Shown: positions 19,095 to 27,874 of the stretch, piece by piece
How the letters are laid out: each line of letters starts with the position of its first letter
How positions within the stretch are numbered: position 1 is the first letter of the stretch
NCBI GenBank assembly: GCA_044237185.1
Contig: JBIIFS010000001.1
Span: 1 to 50,961 of the forward strand
Direction: 5' to 3'
Length of the DNA stretch: 50,961 bases
Origin: Luteolibacter sp.
GTDB lineage: Bacteria; Verrucomicrobiota; Verrucomicrobiia; Verrucomicrobiales; Akkermansiaceae
The notes under the pieces: generated by a model
What the model saw: the letters and a program-made list of their open reading frames with translations, nothing else
Databases searched by the model: none
Told to the model about the DNA's origin: nothing
Position numbers and translations under genes: made by a program

Positions 19095-20594
19095 TTAATC
19101 CTTTAAGGTTTTCGCTAAAGCGATCGCGCGTAGCAGGGCTTTGGATTTATTGACGGTCTCGTTGTATTCGTAGGTTGGATCGGAATCGGCAACGACGCCG
19201 GCACCTGCTTGAACGTGGGCTTTGCCGTCTTTCAAAAGGCATGTGCGGAGGGTAATGCAGGAATCATGTGAGCCATCGAATCCGAAATAACCGACGGCTC
19301 CCGCATAAGCGCAGCGTTTGTTTTTTTCGAGTGAGTTGATAATCTGCATGGCACGGATTTTCGGCGCGCCTGAAACCGTACCGGCAGGGAAGGTTGCGCG
19401 GAGAACATCGTAGGCGGTGTGTGATGGATCGAGTTCACCAGTGACGTTGGAAACGATGTGCATGACATGGCTGTAACGCTCGATGATCATGAAATCATCG
19501 ACAGAAACCTTACCATGTTTGGCGATCCGTCCGACATCGTTGCGGGCGAGATCAACCAGCATGAGGTGTTCCGCTCGCTCTTTCGGATCATTGAGAAGGT
19601 CGGCCGCGAGAGCATCGTCTTCTTCGGCTGTTTTCCCTCTCCAACGAGTGCCGGCGATTGGGCGGATATCGATGCGACCCTGAATGGAGCGAACATGCAC
19701 TTCTGGCGATGAACCGACGAGTGCGAAGTCACCCATTTCCAAAACGAACATGTAAGGGGATGGATTGACGTAACGCAGTGCTCGATAGAGGTCGACAGGT
19801 GATTGATCGAAGTCCGTAGTGAAACGTTGGCTGGGAACAAATTGGAAAATATCGCCTGCAGAGATGAATTCTTTCCCGTCGCGCACCATCTGTTCATATT
19901 CTGCCTGAGTGGTATTGGAAACCGCAGGCTCATCGGTAATTTTCACTAGCCCATTGAGCGCTGGGACGTGAAGGGGACGGTTGAGAATTTCAATGATCGA
20001 ATGAATGCGTCCTGATGCAGCGGCGTAGGCTTCTGCTGGTGAAGCATGTTCGTCTAGAAACGCATTTGCGATGATATGCAAACGGCGGAGGCGGTGGTCA
20101 AATACCAACAAGGTATCCGCGAGCATGAACAATGCATCCGGCACGCCGAGTGAATCTGGTGGCGAATCACCGAGGGTGGGTTCAAACTGTCTTACCGCAT
20201 CATAGGCGAGGTAGCCGACCATGCCGCCGGAAAAGGGTGGCAGGGCAGGGTTGGGGACGGGATGGAACGGGGCCATCTCTCGCTCCAACGCGGCGAGCAC
20301 ATCATCTGGTGCTTGAAGCGTGCGCAACTTGCTTCCTTCTGTGATGGAGATGTCTTTTCCCTTTGCTGAAAAAATCCGTTTCGGACCCGAGCCGACTATT
20401 GACCACCGACCGCCCTTGTCCGTCGCTTCAGCAGACTCCAATAGGAACGAATACTTGGCATCACGGATTTTCAGATAAGCAGAGAGGGGAGTTTCGAAAT
20501 CGGCAGCAAGTTGGGTATATACCGGAACAACGTTTCCTTGTTTGGAAAACGCTTCGAAGGCTGCCAAGGATGGCTCTACAGGATTGTGACTCAC
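19095..20594 (-). CDS. trpE: Anthranilate synthase component I
   Basis: FLLESA, NPSPYM, GSSPE, PIAGT, KERAEHLMLVDLARND and FPAGTVSGAPK. Confidence 0.95.
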   Translation of the reverse strand: MSHNPVEPSLAAFEAFSKQGNVVPVYTQLAADFETPLSAYLKIRDAKYSFLLESAEATDKGGRWSIVGSGPKRIFSAKGKDISITEGSKLRTLQAPDDVLAALEREMAPFHPVPNPALPPFSGGMVGYLAYDAVRQFEPTLGDSPPDSLGVPDALFMLADTLLVFDHRLRRLHIIANAFLDEHASPAEAYAAASGRIHSIIEILNRPLHVPALNGLVKITDEPAVSNTTQAEYEQMVRDGKEFISAGDIFQFVPSQRFTTDFDQSPVDLYRALRYVNPSPYMFVLEMGDFALVGSSPEVHVRSIQGRIDIRPIAGTRWRGKTAEEDDALAADLLNDPKERAEHLMLVDLARNDVGRIAKHGKVSVDDFMIIERYSHVMHIVSNVTGELDPSHTAYDVLRATFPAGTVSGAPKIRAMQIINSLEKNKRCAYAGAVGYFGFDGSHDSCITLRTCLLKDGKAHVQAGAGVVADSDPTYEYNETVNKSKALLRAIALAKTLKD

Positions 20595-20760
20595 AAGCGG
20601 GAGAATGAAATGAAAAGGGGTTGGAGGTCAATGGCGGGCATTCGGGTAGTTATTTTCATGATCGGATCAAGGTTTCGATCTCTCATACGGCGCAGAACTG
20701 GGCCATGACATCCATGTCAATCCAAGGACAGAGATTCAATGCTTGTGATCATGGGCCGTC

Positions 20761-20796
20761 TTACAATCTTTGTCATGGCCGTGACAAAGATTGTAA
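20761..20796. repeat. Perfect 15-bp inverted repeat with a 6-nt spacer
   Basis: ttacaatctttgtca-tggccg-tgacaaagattgtaa, in a divergent intergenic region. Confidence 0.9.
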
Positions 20797-20899
20797 ATTG
20801 CGAATTTTCATGGTTTGCGGTTCATTTGAATTTCGAATGGTTTTTTTTGTTTAAGGCATGGCGACTTGCAAAAATGCGTTTCGGAGATGAGGCTCCGGC

Positions 20900-22183
20900 G
20901 TGGCCATTGCATTGCATGATTTGATGAAAAAACTGCCGGAAGGCGGATTGTTTGGCGGCGGTTCGTGGCAGTGGTCGCCTGAGCCTTTGAAGCTTACTGT
21001 AGCAGAGGCCAAGGAAATGATGTCAATGGGGCATCCTCTTGCTAAGTTTCAACAAGCTTGTGATTCGCTCTACCGGCGCTCGGCTGCGGGAAAAATCGAA
21101 TCATGGCTGTCGGATTTGCTAGACGATGGCAAGCCGGAATGGCTGACAAATCTGCAAAGGGATCCGGGGCTAGCAGAACAATTCCCCCGAGTGATTCGTC
21201 CGGATTTGATACTTGCGAAAGGTCATTTCGCTCTCACTGAGCTCGACAGTGTGCCTGGCGGGATAGGTATTACCGCATGGCTTTCAAAGACCTATGCTGA
21301 GGCAGATTTCGAGGTTTTGGGTGGCCCCGATGGCATGGTGGAAGGCTTCCGCAAGCTGCTCCCCGATGGAGGAGATATTCTGATTTCTGAGGAAGCAAAG
21401 GATTATCGGGCGGAAATGACATGGCTGGCAAAGCAACTCGGTGAGGCATGGAATGTGAAAAATGCTGAGGAATACGAGGAGTGTGGTCGTGAGATGTATC
21501 GGTTCTTTGAGTTGTTTGATTGGGAGTCGATGCCGTATTCGCGAAAGCTGGCTGAGAAATCGGCGCGAGGTGAGGCGGTCCTCACACCTCCGTTCAAGGC
21601 TCATTTGGAGGATAAGCTCTGGCTCGCGTTGTTTTGGTCGCCCGCCTTGAAAAAGATCTGGGAGCAATCTCTGCGTGGAAGTCATTTGCGGAGATTAAGG
21701 GAATGGATTCCGTTCGGTTGGGTTGTTGATCCTCAACCGCTGCCGCCTCACGCCTCACTGCCGCGTCTCGATGCGCATTCTTGGGATGATGTTGGGGATT
21801 TTTCCCAAAAAGAAAGGGAATTGGTTTTGAAAATCAGCGGCTTTCATGAGAACGCTTGGGGATCCCGAGGGGTGTTTGTCGGACATGATCTTTCTGCCAT
21901 GGAGTGGCAGGAAAGGTTGCGGTTTGCGCTCTCCCAATCCAGCAAGCAACCTTGGTTGATGCAGGAATTCAAAGAGGGCAGGCGGTTCATGCATCCGGTT
22001 TTCAATGAAGACGGTAGCGTCAGAATGATCGAAGTGCGGGCTAGGTTGTGTCCTTACTTTTTTACAGACAAACAAGGGGAAACTACTTTTGGCGGCTGCT
22101 TAGCCACCTTGGTTCCCGCGGACAAGAAAAAAATCCACGGCATGAGCGACGGGATATTGGTGCCTTGTGTGATTGGGGAGTGA
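20900..22183 (+). CDS. Hypothetical protein, probable circularly permuted ATP-grasp ligase
   Basis: RPDLI..ELDSVPGG followed later by LVLKISGF..WGSRGV and WLMQEF, the motif order seen in glutathionylspermidine-synthase-like ATP-grasps. Start is uncertain. Confidence 0.6.
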   Translation: MAIALHDLMKKLPEGGLFGGGSWQWSPEPLKLTVAEAKEMMSMGHPLAKFQQACDSLYRRSAAGKIESWLSDLLDDGKPEWLTNLQRDPGLAEQFPRVIRPDLILAKGHFALTELDSVPGGIGITAWLSKTYAEADFEVLGGPDGMVEGFRKLLPDGGDILISEEAKDYRAEMTWLAKQLGEAWNVKNAEEYEECGREMYRFFELFDWESMPYSRKLAEKSARGEAVLTPPFKAHLEDKLWLALFWSPALKKIWEQSLRGSHLRRLREWIPFGWVVDPQPLPPHASLPRLDAHSWDDVGDFSQKERELVLKISGFHENAWGSRGVFVGHDLSAMEWQERLRFALSQSSKQPWLMQEFKEGRRFMHPVFNEDGSVRMIEVRARLCPYFFTDKQGETTFGGCLATLVPADKKKIHGMSDGILVPCVIGE

Positions 22184-22365
22184 CCATTTCACGACACTCA
22201 GATTGGGCTTACCAAAGATTCCTTTTACGCCATTTCGTTTTTGGTAGCCATGTGATTTGTTCCGCTTTTGTGGAAAAACATCTGGCTTCCATCACACGAG
22301 TGCGAACCAATGGTTCCAGGTCTTTGTTTCAGGATTTGACACTCCGACTGAAGATCACCACCACG

Positions 22366-24045
22366 TTATCTGTGGGCATGCTCGATCGCATCACAGATGG
22401 CAGGGAAGATTTGACGTTTGCGAGAGACGACGCCGGGTGCCGAATAGAGAGTGTCATCAATGCGGCTGAAGGGAAGTGCGGCGATGATGTTCTCAGGGCC
22501 CACCGCAAGAACCATGCTTTTGAGGAGTGCGACATCGGTGATAACGAGAACCGCAATGTTATAGCCTTTTTCAAACTGAAGCTTGCGCAGGGCGATTTCA
22601 AGCTCTTCGCGCCGAGCTTTGAATCCGTGAAGGTCGCGTTCCTCGACTTGAGAGACGCTGATGAACATACCTTGTTCATTGAACTCCTTGCGGTCGGAGT
22701 TGATGATTTCATCGGCTGTGCCGTTGGCGATGAGTGATCCAACTGCAAAAAATTCCTCTGCGAATTCCTTGGCGTCAACGCGCGCGATTTCGCTAAGCCA
22801 AGTCAGCATTTTACGATCCAGAGTTGTGGTCGTTGGTGATGTCAGGCACAGGGTGTCGGATACGATGCCGCCGCATAGGCACAGGGCGACGCCAGGCTCG
22901 GGAATGAGATCCCTGTGGAAAAACTTACGCGCGACGAGCGTGCATGTTGATCCAACCGGTTCGTTGAGATAGCGAATCGGTTCACGCGACACCAAATCAC
23001 CGGAGAGACGGTGGTGATCAATCACTTCCGTAATCGTGGCCTCCTCAATGCCTGTAACGGCTTGAGCGTATTCGTTGTGATCGACGAGAGCGAAGCGGAG
23101 TTTCGGAGGATCGACCAAGTCCGACTTTGCGATCACGCCTATCATGGCGTCCGAGCCGGATTCCATTACAGGAAATAGGTCTTGATCGACTGCGACGAGT
23201 TCTTTGCGGATTTTGGAAACGGGCTCTTTCGAGTTTACCGAAATAAATTTCGTTTCCATGACGTGGCGCACGGTGCGTGAGCACCGGATCAGCGTACTGG
23301 CACTTGCCGTGTCTTGTCGGCAACGTAAAAGCACCGTTCCCTTGGCAATGGCGAAGTCTAGGATTTCCTTGGAAATGGCATGCTGACCTGTCACCAACAA
23401 GGCACGGGCACCTGACTCAATGGCCAAGCGCTGGACGATGGGTCTATCACCGCAGATCACCAGGAAGTTACGAATGTTGCCTTCCTTAGTCGCCTTTTTG
23501 AGACGGGATTTAACCGTTTCCTGGGAAGACGCGCCGACGAGCAGAATGAGATCTTCCTCATCGTCCTGGTTACTGATCGGCGCAGCCAAACTTTCTGCAT
23601 TAAGGGTTGCGGCCAGATTGTTCAGTGAAGCATGAACCGTCCGCACACTAATGCCCTGGGTGTTTGCTGGCAGGAGAAGCTTGAGAAGGTTGATGTATTG
23701 CAGCATTCCCGCAACCGTACCATCTTCATTCATCACCGGAACGCAGCGAATCGATGCGTTAAACATGCGGTTGTAGGCAGTGAGGAATGTATCATAAGGA
23801 CGTACGTAAATGACGTCGCGTTTGCAGATCATCCCGGCGTTGGTGCGGGCGTCGGTGAGAAGTTCGGGGGCATCGAAGCCTGCTTTTTCGAGAACCCATT
23901 TGGTGCGTTGCGAGATATCACCGCAACGTGCCGCTATCGCATTTGGTTCATCACCACAGGCACGAAGAAGTGCAGCATGACCCAAAGCGGAACATACCGC
24001 ATCGGTGTCAGGGTTTTTGTGTCCGATGACGTAAAAAGGGAACAT
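22366..24045 (-). CDS. ppaC: Mn-dependent family II inorganic pyrophosphatase with CBS-DRTGG-CBS insert
   Basis: GHKNPDTD, LVDHNE, IDHH, EPVGSTCT, SDTL and VVSRKRQ, with a central CBS/DRTGG region. Confidence 0.9.
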   Translation of the reverse strand: MFPFYVIGHKNPDTDAVCSALGHAALLRACGDEPNAIAARCGDISQRTKWVLEKAGFDAPELLTDARTNAGMICKRDVIYVRPYDTFLTAYNRMFNASIRCVPVMNEDGTVAGMLQYINLLKLLLPANTQGISVRTVHASLNNLAATLNAESLAAPISNQDDEEDLILLVGASSQETVKSRLKKATKEGNIRNFLVICGDRPIVQRLAIESGARALLVTGQHAISKEILDFAIAKGTVLLRCRQDTASASTLIRCSRTVRHVMETKFISVNSKEPVSKIRKELVAVDQDLFPVMESGSDAMIGVIAKSDLVDPPKLRFALVDHNEYAQAVTGIEEATITEVIDHHRLSGDLVSREPIRYLNEPVGSTCTLVARKFFHRDLIPEPGVALCLCGGIVSDTLCLTSPTTTTLDRKMLTWLSEIARVDAKEFAEEFFAVGSLIANGTADEIINSDRKEFNEQGMFISVSQVEERDLHGFKARREELEIALRKLQFEKGYNIAVLVITDVALLKSMVLAVGPENIIAALPFSRIDDTLYSAPGVVSRKRQIFPAICDAIEHAHR

Positions 24046-24080
24046 CCCAATATCTTTTATAGATGCTTACAAAAGTGCAA

Positions 24081-24177
24081 TCTTAAATCTCAAGTTTCAA
24101 AGTTCAAATTTCAAGGAAAGACATAGGAATAGACACGAATCCCTAGAGTTGCCTGAAAGTTGAAATCTAAAGTTTCA
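24081..24177. repeat. Inverted heptamer arrays (tttcaag-type)
   Basis: tcttaaa tctcaag tttcaaa gttcaaa tttcaag at 24081-24115; cctgaaa gttgaaa tctaaag tttca at 24152-24177. Confidence 0.7.
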
Positions 24178-25920
24178 CATTCTTTCTGGGCAACGAATCC
24201 CTAGAAGCCCTAAGCCTTGTTCCAGGATCGTGAAAGTGAGCTTGCATAGGGCGAGGCGGCTTGATTTGAGAGGTTCTTCGGACTTGAGGACCGGACATGC
24301 CTCAAAGAAGGAATGGAAGGCACGTGCGAGCTCCAGGAGATAGTTAGCCAGCAGATTGGGACGATGATCTTCGATCACCATGGGCAGCACCTCTCCAAAA
24401 CGGGCGAATAGGCGAGCGAGATGGATTTCCTCGGGCTGCTCCAGTTGAATCGTTGAGGTATTGGCATCAAACGGCCCATCCAGTTTTCGGAAGATGGAAC
24501 GGATACGGACCGTTGAATATTGCAGGTAGGGAGCCGTGTCGCCCTGCAGCGCGAGCATGCGATCCCATGCAAAAACATAATCGGTCAGGCGATTCTGTGA
24601 AAGTTCGGCGAATTTCACTGCGCCAATTCCTACGATTTCGGCGATTTCCTCAGCTTCCTTGCCTTGGAGCTCAGGATTTTTTTCAGCAATGGCAGCCGCG
24701 GCGCGTTCGACCGCCTCTTCGAGTACTTCAGTCAGGCCTACATTTTCGCCGGAGCGGGTTTTCATGAGTTTGCGATCCTCACCCAAAATCGAACCGAAGG
24801 CGATATGGCGGAAGGCGCCGGTTTTGCCCCAACGTTGCGCTGCCTCGAAAATCTGGCGGAAATGGAGTTGTTGCGGGACGCCGACGACATACCAGATCTG
24901 ATCAGCGTTCCAAGTATCGATGCGGTATTGGATGGTTGCGAGATCGGTGGTGGCGTAGAGAAATCCGCCATCGGCCTTGCGGATGATGACTGGGTTATCG
25001 GTCCAGCCGTCTTCGCGATGGACTTTGAAGGGATCCTGGCTGGGATCTTTCGAGTTATCGGAAAACACACACACCGCGCCGTTGCTTTCACGCGCGATAT
25101 CTTTTTCGAGAAACTCATCGACCAAGCCGGGTAGCATGTCGTTATAGAAACTCTCGCCTAGCCAGTGATCGAATTTTACATCCAGACGATCGTAAATTTT
25201 CTGAAGACCTGTCTTTGATAGATCGATGCATTTCTGCCAGATTGCTAGGTTTTCGGAATCGCCGGCTTGGAGTTTGACCAATTCATTTTTGCAAGTTTCC
25301 AGAACTACGGGGTTTTCTTTGGTGGCGAAGTTGACCTCACGATAGACGCGGACAAGCTCCTTGATCGGATCCTGTTCCAGCGCCTCGTTATTGAGCATGG
25401 TTTTCCAACCATGGAGAATCATACCAAACTGTGTGCCCCAGTCACCAATGTGGTTGTCGGCAATCACTTCAAAGCCAAGGAAACGCGCGATACGGCAGAG
25501 GGAATCGCCGATGATCGTCGAGCGGATATGTCCGACGTGCATGGGTTTGGCGACATTCGGGGCGGAGAAATCCACTACGATACGCTTGCCTTTGCCGAGT
25601 TCAGGCGCACCGAGACATGGATCTTTCAGTAATCCCTCGGCGTAAGCGGAGTAGGCTTCCGGAAGAATAGTGAAATTGATGAAACCCGGGCCATCGATCT
25701 TGGCTGTCGCAAGTCCGGCGATATCGACCGAGTCGAGGATTTGTTGGGCGAGGGCGCGAGGATTGGATTTCATCCGTTTTGCCAGAACCATCGCGGAATT
25801 GCTCTGGTAATCCCCGAAACGAAGATCAGCTGCGGCCATGAGATTGGGCGGGGTCGACTCGCCAAGCACGGCTTCAAGAGCGATAGCAAGGCGGGTTTCA
25901 AGATTCTGTAAAAGGGTCAT
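24175..25920 (-). CDS. argS: Arginine--tRNA ligase
   Basis: VDFSAPNVAKPMHVGH, NHIGDWGTQFG, YATTDLA, MKTRSG, GDTAPYLQY and C-terminal ERM. Start is ATG 25920. Confidence 0.97.
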   Translation of the reverse strand: MTLLQNLETRLAIALEAVLGESTPPNLMAAADLRFGDYQSNSAMVLAKRMKSNPRALAQQILDSVDIAGLATAKIDGPGFINFTILPEAYSAYAEGLLKDPCLGAPELGKGKRIVVDFSAPNVAKPMHVGHIRSTIIGDSLCRIARFLGFEVIADNHIGDWGTQFGMILHGWKTMLNNEALEQDPIKELVRVYREVNFATKENPVVLETCKNELVKLQAGDSENLAIWQKCIDLSKTGLQKIYDRLDVKFDHWLGESFYNDMLPGLVDEFLEKDIARESNGAVCVFSDNSKDPSQDPFKVHREDGWTDNPVIIRKADGGFLYATTDLATIQYRIDTWNADQIWYVVGVPQQLHFRQIFEAAQRWGKTGAFRHIAFGSILGEDRKLMKTRSGENVGLTEVLEEAVERAAAAIAEKNPELQGKEAEEIAEIVGIGAVKFAELSQNRLTDYVFAWDRMLALQGDTAPYLQYSTVRIRSIFRKLDGPFDANTSTIQLEQPEEIHLARLFARFGEVLPMVIEDHRPNLLANYLLELARAFHSFFEACPVLKSEEPLKSSRLALCKLTFTILEQGLGLLGIRCPERM

Positions 25921-25946
25921 GGGTAAAAACGAAAAGAATTTGGAGC

Positions 25947-26072
25947 GCCGATGAACGCAGATAAACACGGAGAATTAAAGAGTTATGAATATTTTTTCTT
26001 TTAACCGTTCACTAAATGGGAAATTTCTTCGAAAATCTCTTACAAGCCGACTCCATCAGCGTTCATCAGAGG
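25947..26072. repeat. Inverted 10-mer-type arms (gatgaacgca)
   Basis: gatgaacgcagat (25950-25962) versus atcagcgttcatc (26055-26067): 12 of 13 bases complementary. Confidence 0.75.
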
Positions 26073-26138
26073 TCCGATAAAAAATCTTGGCTGATGAAAA
26101 AAGGCTGACTGGAAAGGGGGGAGATCGTCGGACCAGAC

Positions 26139-26627
26139 TCAGCAAGGCTCTTTGTTAGCCTTTGCACGTATGGCTTTTGGATCGAGAATTTCCAAAATTT
26201 CATCGCGAGTCACGGCGGCGGATAGTCTGCGCCTGACTTCCATGTTGGTAAACATTTTTGCAATCGCTGAGAGAGTAAGTAGGTGGAGTTGATAGTCTTT
26301 CCGAGGAACGATGAACAAGATGATGAAATGCACCGGAGAATGATCGAGAGCATCGAATTCGACGCCTTCTTTTGATCGTCCGAAAATGGCGACAACTTTT
26401 TCAAGATCATCGGAAAACGTATGTGGGATGGCCAAGCCTGTGCCGATGCCCGTGCTGATTTGTGCCTCACGCTCCTGAAGGGCTTTGAGGATGTCGTTGT
26501 AGCAGTTTTTCGGAATATCTCCGCATTCGGTGAGGAAATCTACAAGTTCAAGAATCGCAGGCCAATGCTCGGACGCCTTCATATCCAAAAGGATATGATT
26601 TGTATCGAGTAATTTCCCTAAATTCAT
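26139..26627 (-). CDS. PTS EIIA (fructose/mannitol/Ntr-type) domain protein
   Basis: RE..STGIGTGLAIPH, GVEFDALD..PVHFI and HLLTLSAIAK. Confidence 0.9.
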   Translation of the reverse strand: MNLGKLLDTNHILLDMKASEHWPAILELVDFLTECGDIPKNCYNDILKALQEREAQISTGIGTGLAIPHTFSDDLEKVVAIFGRSKEGVEFDALDHSPVHFIILFIVPRKDYQLHLLTLSAIAKMFTNMEVRRRLSAAVTRDEILEILDPKAIRAKANKEPC

Positions 26628-26754
26628 AAAAATCCCGTATTAAAAAGAGAGTGTTTCTTGGCGTTTGGAGGGGGGGTAATTATCCATCCTGCGCAGGGGG
26701 TGCAAGAAGTTTTACAAATTGTAAGTCGCCCAAAAGAGTACAAGTTTGAAGTGA

Positions 26755-26927
26755 GGGAGTGGTATTCCGCCACAGGCTCTGGACTGCTGCGGTTCTGATC
26801 CGCAGCTCTCAAGGTGCATGAATTCAAACCGAGAACCTCGGTTACATCCGTGATTTTAGGATTACTTAACCTTGCAACGGGCCGGTTCCAACGGCATGGA
26901 GGGGGGCGCAGAGCGAACACATGACCC
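26755..26927 (-). ncRNA. Candidate 6S (ssrS)-like structured RNA
   Basis: About 175 nt with several perfect stems. The minus strand has GTGTTCGC near the 5' end, a CAAGGT/ACCTTG stem, and CACCTTGA...AGCCTGTGGCGG near the 3' end, resembling E. coli 6S segments. It overlaps the hemC start, so the call is tentative. Confidence 0.4.
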
Positions 26928-27874
26928 GAACAGACAAAGAAATCATCATTGGCACGCGTGGCAGCGAACTGGCATTGGTGCAGGCCACGGCGACCCAAGG
27001 CTTGTTGTCTGGTAAATTTCCGGACTGGGTCATCAGCCGTAAAATCATCAAGACCACGGGTGATCGCCGGACGGATGTGTCGCTGGCCGATGTAGCGAAG
27101 TCTGAAGGCACGTTTGATAAAGGAGTTTTCATCAAGGAGTTAGAAGAAGCGTTAGCCGATGGGACGGTTGATATCGCGGTGCATAGTTTGAAAGACATGC
27201 CGACGGTAATCGATCCGAGATTCGAACTGGCAGCGACCCTTGAACGCGCACCGGTTCGCGATGTATTGCTGACGAAACAAGCGGGTGGATTGCCCGCGCT
27301 GAAAGCAGGTGCAAGAGTCGGCACCAGCAGTGTAAGGCGCGCGAAGCAGATCGAGTTTCTGCGGCCTGATCTGGTCTTGGTGGATCTTCGCGGAAATGTC
27401 CCCACCCGTATTGAAAAGCTCGCGCAAGGTGACGACTACGATGCAATCCTCTTGGCTGAGGCTGGTTTGGTGAGGTTGGGGTTCATTCCGGAATTTCCAG
27501 AAAGCGACGAGGAGCGGGTTAGCGCATCGGTGCCGGTTTTTTGCACGCGATTGGCGGAGGATGTTTTTTTTCCCGCCGCAGGGCAGGGAGCAATTGGTTT
27601 GGAAATTCGCAAAGGTGATACTCGTTCACTGGAGCTCGCTATGGCGATCGGGCATGCGGAAACGTGGACCAAAGTTACCGCTGAGCGAGAGTTTTTGCGT
27701 TTGCTCGACGGTGGCTGCCACACGCCGGTAGGGGTATACTCCCATCTTTCCGGCGGTCAGATTCATCTTTACGCCCGCGTGTTTCCAGAAACCGGCAGGC
27801 AACCTAAAATCGGATCTGCTACAGACACCGATCCCATCAAAGCGGCACTCAAAATTTTTCAATCCCTCAAATGA
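26921..27874 (+). CDS. hemC: Hydroxymethylbilane synthase
   Basis: IGTRGSELAL, KGVFIKELE, AVHSLKD, GTSSVRR, LRGNVPTR and LDGGCHTP. Confidence 0.97.
   Translation: MTRTDKEIIIGTRGSELALVQATATQGLLSGKFPDWVISRKIIKTTGDRRTDVSLADVAKSEGTFDKGVFIKELEEALADGTVDIAVHSLKDMPTVIDPRFELAATLERAPVRDVLLTKQAGGLPALKAGARVGTSSVRRAKQIEFLRPDLVLVDLRGNVPTRIEKLAQGDDYDAILLAEAGLVRLGFIPEFPESDEERVSASVPVFCTRLAEDVFFPAAGQGAIGLEIRKGDTRSLELAMAIGHAETWTKVTAEREFLRLLDGGCHTPVGVYSHLSGGQIHLYARVFPETGRQPKIGSATDTDPIKAALKIFQSLK

Noticed and set aside
22184-22365. Possible gene remnant in the 180-nt convergent spacer
   Set aside because: Short translations show no recognisable motif.
22048-22778. ORFs of 229 aa (+) and 149 aa (-)
   Set aside because: Shadow frames of the pyrophosphatase gene. 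The other antisense and nested ORFs in the track were dismissed for the same reason.
25921-25968. argS start at 25968
   Set aside because: The extension (MFICVHRR) is read through a repeat arm.
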